From Octopus vulgaris (lineage: Eukaryota), in the NCBI GenBank assembly GCA_951406725.2, contig OX597833.1, positions 47,554,001 through 47,618,000 of the forward strand: a stretch of DNA of 64,000 nt, written 5' to 3'. The translations under genes and the position numbers were made by a program. The stretch's first letter is position 1. Each line of letters starts with the position of its first letter. The notes beneath the pieces were generated by a model. That model ran no database searches. It saw only the letters and a list, made by a program, of their open reading frames with translations, and was not told where the DNA came from. Below, one piece after another: positions 56,049 to 64,000 of the stretch.

Positions 56049-57058
56049 TGTTTATATTCTGTTTTATATTCAAAGTAGCTAGATCTGGCCTCTCACACCT
56101 ACTCTACAATGTCATGCTAAAAAACAGACAATAACACAATAGAAATCAGAAAGATATGAGATAATTGTTCTAAACAATGTGAATAAATAGGCATTATGTT
56201 TGTCAGTAATCTGAAAGCTAAGGGGTTAAATATGCATGTTTTATAGACTTTATTAAAAGGAGAAAATCAAGTCAACTTAGGATGTTTTTGTTTTTTCAAA
56301 AGCACATCTGTGAGGGGACAGTACAGTCAAAGGGTAAAGATGTGCTACTGATTAGCCTTCTCCAGGCTAGCACTCATACACACACACACACGCACACTCC
56401 TTCTTTGCTCTTTTCTATGTATGTGAACAGTGAAGTTTGTTATTTATATATACATTGGGTGTATGGGAGTATGTATAATTTTAAATGGTGCTGCTGCTGC
56501 TGTTACTGTGAGTGTGTCACTGTTTGTGGGTTTTGTGGTGAACTTTGGACTTGGACCTGAGATTATATCTAAACATCTATGTTTACATACGTATGTTGTA
56601 TGTGTTCCTATATGTGTGTATGTGAATATATATATATATATATATGTAGATGAAGGTCGCCCATGAAAAACAAAGTCTTTTTGAGCCAAAAGGGTTTGTC
56701 AATGTAATATATACATGCTATTATTTATAGCTTGATATGTACTTCAAGAACCTATTCCAAAATAGGAATTATTCTACAATCTCTTGAAAATTTATAAATT
56801 CTTATGACATCAACAATGTGTGTGTGTGTGTGTATGTATGTATACATATATACACACATGGAATTGCTGAAAAGTTCCTGGCTTTGGGTAAAAGAAAATA
56901 CAGGGGGATCAGTTAATTATGATTTTATTCAACATAGTCTCCTCTCAGGTTCACACACTTATTGCAGCAGTCCTTCAGTTTTTCTAAACCCTGTAAAAGA
57001 ACTCAGAAGGCCTTTTAACAATACCCTTAAAACCAGGAACTTTTCAGCACCCCTCAAA

Positions 57059-57089
<31 letters not shown>

Positions 57090-57200
57090 GTATATATATA
57101 TATATATATAAAGTTAATCCAAACATGAAAACACAACAACGCGAGGATGTGGAACAAATATAGTATTATTGGACGCTCAGGAAGGAAGGGAAGAAGGAGG

Positions 57201-57235
57201 GTTTTACATTTCGAGCGGAGCTCTTCGTCAGAAAC
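57201..57235 (-). ncRNA. Minimal type I hammerhead ribozyme motif in Penelope-like remnant (57110-57300)
   Basis: GUUU-CUGACGA-AGAGC UCC GCUC-GAAA UGUA-AAAC: core boxes, stem II and stem I (GUUU/AAAC) present. Confidence 0.62.
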
Positions 57236-57625
57236 ATAGGAAAAGGAAAGATCCAGAGAAGGGAAGACGAATGAAAAAAAATCGCCAACGGTACACACGT
57301 GGTGGAGCACTCTGTCAGTTATGACGACAAGAGTCCTAGCTGATACGAACAACAGAACAAGTTGTTCGTGAAATTAATGTGCAACTGGCTGAGCACTCCA
57401 CAGACACGTGTACCCTTAACATAGTTCTCAGGGAGATTCAGCATGACACAGAGTGTGACAAGGCCGGCCCTTTGAAATACATGTACTACTCATTTTTGCC
57501 AGCTGAGTAGACTGGAGCAATGTGAAATAAAGTGTCTTGTTCAAGGACACAACACATCACCAGGAATTGAGCTCATGACCTTACAATTGCAAGCTGAATG
57601 CCCTAACCACTAAGCCATGCACCTT

Positions 57626-57679
<54 letters not shown>

Positions 57680-57689
57680 GTATCTATGG

Positions 57690-57721
<32 letters not shown>

Positions 57722-58050
57722 ATGTATGTATATATATATATGTGTGTGTGTGTATCTGTGGGTATGTATGTATATATATATATATATATATCATCATCAT
57801 CATCATCATTTAACGTCCGTTTTCCATGCTAGCATGGGTTGGAAGGTTTGACCGGGGTCTGGGAAGCCAGAAGGCTGCACTAGGCTCCAGTCTGATCTGG
57901 CAGTGTTTCTACAGCTGGATGCCCTTCCTAACGCCAACCACTCCATGAGTGTAGTGGGAGCTTTTTACGTGCCACCGGCACAGGGGCCAAAGGAGGCTGG
58001 CAACAGCCACAATCAGTTGGTGCTTTTTAACATACCACTGGCATATATAT

Positions 58051-58233
58051 ATATGCTTTATTAAAAAGCAAATAAAATATCACAAAACTGTTACTCGGAG
58101 TTTCGTGTTCCTGTTCATCAGACACTTTTGTTTAGAATCTAAACATTCTAAACAAAAACTGCCCAACGAACAGGAATGTGAAACTCTGAGTAACAGTTTT
58201 GTGATATTTTTGCTGCTTTTTAATAAAGCATAT
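58051..58233. repeat. Palindrome with a hammerhead-like motif in each arm
   Basis: Arms ~58051-58138 and 58145-58233; minus arm CUGAUGA..GAAACUCCGAGUA-ACAGUUUU, plus arm CCAACGA-ACA GGAA UGU-GAAACUCUGAGUA-ACAGUUUU. Confidence 0.75.
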
Positions 58234-59084
58234 TAAAGCACCCACTACACTCTCGGAGTGGTTGGCGTTAGGAAGGGCATCCAGCTGTAGAAACACTGCC
58301 AGATCAGATTGGGCCTGGCGCAGCCTTCTGGCTTCCCAGACCCCAGTTGAACTGTCCAACTCATGCTAGCATGGAAAACGGACGTTAAACGATGATGATG
58401 ATGATGATGATGACTCTACCTTTGGTATTCGAGTACTTGTTTCGCATCTATGTGCTAACTCTGGTATATATATATACATGCATGGTTTGTGAGTGGCTGT
58501 TGATAAACAGAGACGTTATGTGTGAATTACTTGCCAATGCTTTTGTTTGTTAATTTTTTTGTTCTGGTTGCGTTGAGTGTTTTGTGGTTTGACATTTTTA
58601 TTATATGCATTCATGTATGTCAGAACTAGCTTTAACTGGGTTGATATGCTTCAACACCAATATATATATATACATACATATATTTATACATATATATATA
58701 CATAATCACACATACATATACATATATATACATATATATATATGTACATATATACATATACATATATATACATATACATACATATACATACATATACATA
58801 TATATATACATACATATACATATATATATACAAATACATATATATACAAATACATATATATACAAATACATATATATACAAATACATATATATACATATA
58901 CATATATATATATATATAGGGAGAATTCACAAAAAAACAAAAGACGAAGACAGGACGTGTAGAGAACAAACAGATGTATTAGTTTAATGCTCAGGAAGTG
59001 AAAATGTCTTTAACATTTTGAGCCTATGCTCTTCCACATAAAGGGACACAGAAAGAAATAGGGTAAGAAAATAATATTTATATA

Positions 59085-59617
59085 TGGTGGCTGCCCTCTT
59101 GTTATTGAGTATGGCCGTTGCACGAAGCTTAATCAATGTTGTTATCATGCAATGCCTGTGCAAGAAGTGGGGAAAGGCTGTGCACTGAGTCAATCCCACT
59201 CACTAAGCAACAGCAGCCATAATCCGAAAAGAAGAACAAGTCAACATCATCGGTAACCACTGAGCCACAGGTTTTATGTTGGAATTATCCCAGTTACCTT
59301 CTATTAGAAGGATGCCCTAACAAAGGCTAGGAGTCCTTCACTCCCAATGGTTTAACCGCGCGATTGGGTATTCAGTCCGATTATTTCTATGTCCCCGTGC
59401 ATGATACAGCCTTAAGACATTTATTGGATGGCTGTTGACTCTCAAGAGTTCCTCTGCCCTTTGACGGGTTTTGTTTTTCATCCCGCAGGGTGTCCAATAA
59501 ACACCCTCCTCACCAAGCAAGCTTGGTGGGGTTGCCAGTTTAGTCGCCGACGACCCGACCATGCAACAGGTTGTACTGGGTTACATGTTACCAGTAGCAC
59601 TCAAAAGTGACCTGGCA
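59085..59617 (-). mobile_element. GC-richer repeat resembling an RTE 5' UTR
   Basis: Minus-strand ctcctagcctttgttagggcatccttctaatagaaggtaact resembles a motif I associate with RTE 5' UTRs; no ORF; flanked by TA tracts. Confidence 0.4.
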
Positions 59618-59937
59618 TAAATATATATATATATATACATTCCTATATTCATACATACGTACATACACACAGTCACACAAGCATATGGGCTCACACATAT
59701 ACCTGCCACATGTTTACAGCTGCAAGTGTACACATATGCATGCATGTACATGTGTATGCATGTATGTATTTATGCATACTTCACAAGTGCCAGTATCACA
59801 AAAAAAAAACCCAGAAAAACCACCTTGTACACACTGTAAGGAATAGCACTTAGGCACAGAAATCATGCACCACTGCAATCTTGTTGGAGCCCTGTCAAAC
59901 ATTCCAACCCATGCCAGCATGAAAAACAGGTATTAAA

Positions 59938-60285
59938 TTATGATAATGATGATGCTGATGATGACGATGGTGGTGGTGGTGGTGGTGATGATAGTGATGA
60001 TGATGGTAATGATAGTGACAATGATGATGATGGTAGTGATGATAATGATGATGATGACAATGATGGTGGCGGTGGTGGTGGTGGTGGTGGTGATGATGAC
60101 GATGATGGTGGTGATGATGGTAATGATAATGACATTGATGATGATGATGATGATGATGACAATGATGGTGGTGGTGGTGGTGATGATGACGATGATGGTG
60201 GTGATGATGGTAATGATAATGACAATGATGATAATAGTATTGATGATAATGTTGGTGGTGATGATGATGATGGTGGTGATGATGA
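59938..60285. repeat. Compound (GAT)/(GGT) trinucleotide repeat, expanded tail of an RTE-type retroposon
   Basis: Follows ccaacccatgccagcatgaaaaacaggtattaaa (family E tail). Confidence 0.85.
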
Positions 60286-60544
60286 AGTTATCAAGAAACA
60301 GGGTCGAAGGTCCTTCCTGAGCCATAGGCTCATAAGACCAGTTTCCTCAACAGGATGCCAGGTTGTAGCAGGATTACTCATTTTCGCCAGCTAGGTACAC
60401 TAGAGTAACATGAAGTAAAGTGTTTTGCTTAAGAATGCAATATACTACCCTGTCCAGGAATCAAAATCACAATCTTACAATCAAGAGTGTAATGCCTTAA
60501 CCACTAAGCCATGCGCCTCCACATATTATAATATAATATTGTAA

Positions 60545-61590
60545 TATTGGTTTCAAATTTTGGCATGAGGCTAACTAGCTCAGGGGGAGGAGGCTGGTCA
60601 ATTACACTTGCCCTAGTGCTCAACTGGTACTTATTTTATCAACCCCAAAAGAACAAAACACAAAGTCGGTCTTGGCAGAATTTGAACTCAGAACATGCAG
60701 ACTGACGAAATGCCACAGAACATTTTACCCAGCTTGCTCACAATTCTGCGAGCTTGCCAGCTTATAATATTGATTTCAAATTTTGGCACAAAGCCAGCAA
60801 TTTCAGGGAGGACATAAGTCAATTACATTGACATCCAGTGTTCAACTGCTACTTATTTTATCAACCCCGAAAGGATGTAAGGCAAAGTTGACCTTGCCAG
60901 GATTTGAACTCAGAATGTTAAGACAGAGGAAATGCTACTTAGATTTTACCCAGCATGCTAATGATTCTTCCAACTCATTGCCTTCTTATTTCTTTACTGC
61001 CCACAAGGGGCTACACACAGAGGGGACAAACAAGGACAGACAAACGGATTAAGTCAATTATATCGACTCTAGTGCGTAACTGGTACTTTTTTAATCGACC
61101 ATGAAAAGATAAAAGGCAAAGTCGACCTTGGCAGAATTTGAACTCAGAACATAGCAGCAGACAAAATACCTATTTCTTTACTACCCACAAGGGGCTAAAA
61201 CACAGAGAGGACAAACAAGGACAGACAAACGGATTAAGTCGATTATATCGACTCTAGTGCGTAACTGGTACTTATTTAATCGACCCCGAAAGGATGAAAG
61301 GCAAAGTCGACCTCGGCGGAATTTGAACTCAGAACGTAGCGGCAGACGAAATACCTATTTCTTTACTGCCCACAAGGGGCTAAACACAGAGAGGACAAAC
61401 AAGGACAGACAAGCGGATAAAGTCGATTATATCGACCCCAGTGCATAACTGGTACTTATTTAATCGACCTCGGAAAGATAAAAGGCAAAGTTGACCTCGG
61501 TGGAATTTGAACTCAGAATGTAGCGGCAGACGAAATACCGCTAAGCATTTCGCCTGGCGTGCTAACGTTTCTACCAACTCATTGCCTTCT
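60545..61590 (-). mobile_element. Head-to-tail array of SINE family B
   Basis: Two older copies then three ~185-bp units starting near 60987, 61171 and 61356, joined at aaatacc|tatttcttta. Confidence 0.85.
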
Positions 61591-62133
61591 GCCACCTAAG
61601 AATATAGCAATATTGTTATTAGTTATATTGCATCAAACTATGTTGTATCATCAGACTTCTTTCATAACCTTGCATTTATTGGGAATTTTTTTTTTGATGC
61701 TGTGGTCATGGCAGAGTTATTTAGTACACTATTTCAGTATTCTTCGGTTATTTGTAAAGTTGGTGCCAAGCTGGTGAGCTTCTGTGATTCTTTTTCGTTT
61801 TTATTTTTAGCTCTTATTGTATTATATCTAAGAGATGTTTATATAACATAACAGGCTAACAAACTAACCCGCTATACATACAAACATACATGCGGACATA
61901 AGTACATATATTACAAGCTTACATGTATGTATGAATGCAAGCATACAGTTGTGCACGTGTGTAGGTATATATATCTTTGAGAACATGCAAGCGAGTATGT
62001 ATAAAATATGGACTAGTATTTGTGATTGCACATATCAAAACATTTGGAGCTGCTGATGACCTGTGTGAATGGGTAGAATAAAGAAAAAAATTGACAAACC
62101 ACAAACCACTTGACAGAACAACAAAAACATATT

Positions 62134-62164
<31 letters not shown>

Positions 62165-62165
62165 G

Positions 62166-62427
<262 letters not shown>

Positions 62428-62544
62428 TATACACACACACATACATATATACATATGTACATCTATAGATATACACACATATACATACATATATAAATAT
62501 ACATACATATACATGTCTGTGTGTGTGTGTGTGTGTGTATAAAT

Positions 62545-62945
62545 AGGCAGAGGCATGAATGTGTGGTAAGAAGCTTGCCTCCCAACCAATGGTTCCGGGT
62601 TCAGTCTCACTGTGTGGCACTTTGGGCAAGTGTCTTCTACTATAGCCCCAGGCCAACCAAAGCCTTGTGAGTGGATTTGGTAGACGGAAACTGAAAGAAG
62701 CCTGCCATGTGTGTGTGTGTATGTATGTGTCTGTGTATGTCCCGTCATGACTGCTTCACAACTGGTGCTGGTGTGTTTACATCCCTGTAACTTAGCAGTT
62801 CGGCAAAACGGACTGATAGAACAAGTACTAAGCTTTAAAAAGAAAGTCCTGGTGTCAATTTGTCCGACTAAAAAAAAAAAACCCTTCAAGGCAGTGCTCC
62901 AGTATGGCCACAGTCAAATGACTGAAATGAGTGAAAAAATAAAAG
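62545..62945 (+). mobile_element. SINE family A, older copy
   Basis: Diverged head-to-tail match. Confidence 0.8.
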
Positions 62946-63440
62946 AATATACATACATACATACATAAACACACATACACACAAATATGTGGGAGTGTAA
63001 TGAAGGCTGAAGGTGAACAAAACAAAACCCCCACACACACACATACAGACACATGAACCATTACATAAAAAAGTACCATCTGCCCAGTTTCAAATCAAGC
63101 GTACAAGCACAATGGGAACATAGCACAACACGAACAAAAATTCACTTTCACATACAAAGCAAAGGGCAAAAAAGAAGCGGGTATGGATGAAAGTGTAAAG
63201 CAATGTGCGTCGTCCTCAATGAAGTTGTAGACCACGATGAAAGGAGTTCAACAAACCAATTAATCAATTGATTAAATGGCTAATTGTCTAATTAATTGAA
63301 AATAAACTGATGAGAAACACAAGCGGCGTGTATGATTTAATGGGTAGCGTAGTCATCGTAAAATATAATAATATCTGTTTCAACACATGAATTCACATCT
63401 TTTCTCTTTAATTATTTACTTGTTTCACTTATTAGATTGT

Positions 63441-63603
63441 AGGCGTAAGAGTGGCTGTGTGGTAAGTAGCTTGCTTACCATCCACTTGGCTCCGGGTTCA
63501 GTCCCACTGCATGGCACCTTGGGCAAGTGTCTTCTACTATAGCCTTGGGCTGACCAAAGACTTTTGAGTGGATTTAGTAGACCGAAACTGAAAGAAGCCC
63601 ATC

Positions 63604-63643
<40 letters not shown>

Positions 63644-63846
63644 GAGTGTGTGTATATATTTGTGTGTCTGTGTTTGTTCCCTCAACATCGCTTGACAACC
63701 GACGTTCCCATAACTTAGCGGTTCAGCAAAAGAGACCAATAGAATAAGTATTAGGCTTACAAAGAATAAGTCCTGGGGTTGATTTGCTCGACTAAAGGCG
63801 GTGCTCCAGCATGGCTGCAGTCAAATGACTGAAACGAGTAAAGAGA
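63441..63846 (+). mobile_element. SINE family A
   Basis: Full match with small internal deletion. Confidence 0.85.
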
Positions 63847-64000
63847 CTGTGGCCATGCTGGGGCACCTATTTGAAGACTTTTAGTCAAATGAAATAACCC
63901 CAGTACTTAGTATATTGTGGTGCTTATTTTATCAGAACCTTTTGTTGAAGCATTAAGTTTGTCCCCTCTGTGTTCAGCCCTGTTTGGCTAATAAAGGAAC

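Noticed and set aside
59933-60381. Poly-Ile, Met/Val and Ser/Pro ORFs
   Set aside because: Expanded (GAT/GGT)n retroposon tail.

Overview
AT-rich, microsatellite-dense eukaryotic DNA whose SINE content points to an octopus (coleoid cephalopod) genome; that assignment is inferred from recognition of the repeats. The window holds the 5' half of one minus-strand gene, a monocarboxylate transporter (SLC16/MCT family, MFS). Three coding exons splice in phase 1: 40027-39757, 20733-20590 and 18565-17510 (or 17408 with an alternative donor). The C-terminal exons were not found and probably lie before position 1. Introns are filled with several tRNA-derived SINE families, RTE and CR1 LINE fragments, a decayed Tx1/L1-like ORF1 with a CCHC knuckle, piggyBac-, hAT- and mariner-type MITEs and a non-autonomous Helitron. 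Most ORF-track entries are microsatellite or SINE noise. The most interesting signals are: (1) several families of minimal type I hammerhead-ribozyme motifs in Penelope-like remnants, including palindromic head-to-head pairs and a four-copy family with a fixed non-canonical core (consensus CUGUNGA); (2) an in-frame alternative donor that adds a 34-aa cassette of tandem RRxSE (PKA-type) motifs to the transporter loop; (3) an inverted SINE pair hugging the start-codon exon; (4) a CR1 LINE 3' tail shared with the dominant SINE, with a covarying hairpin; (5) a possible retrotransposon-derived first exon.
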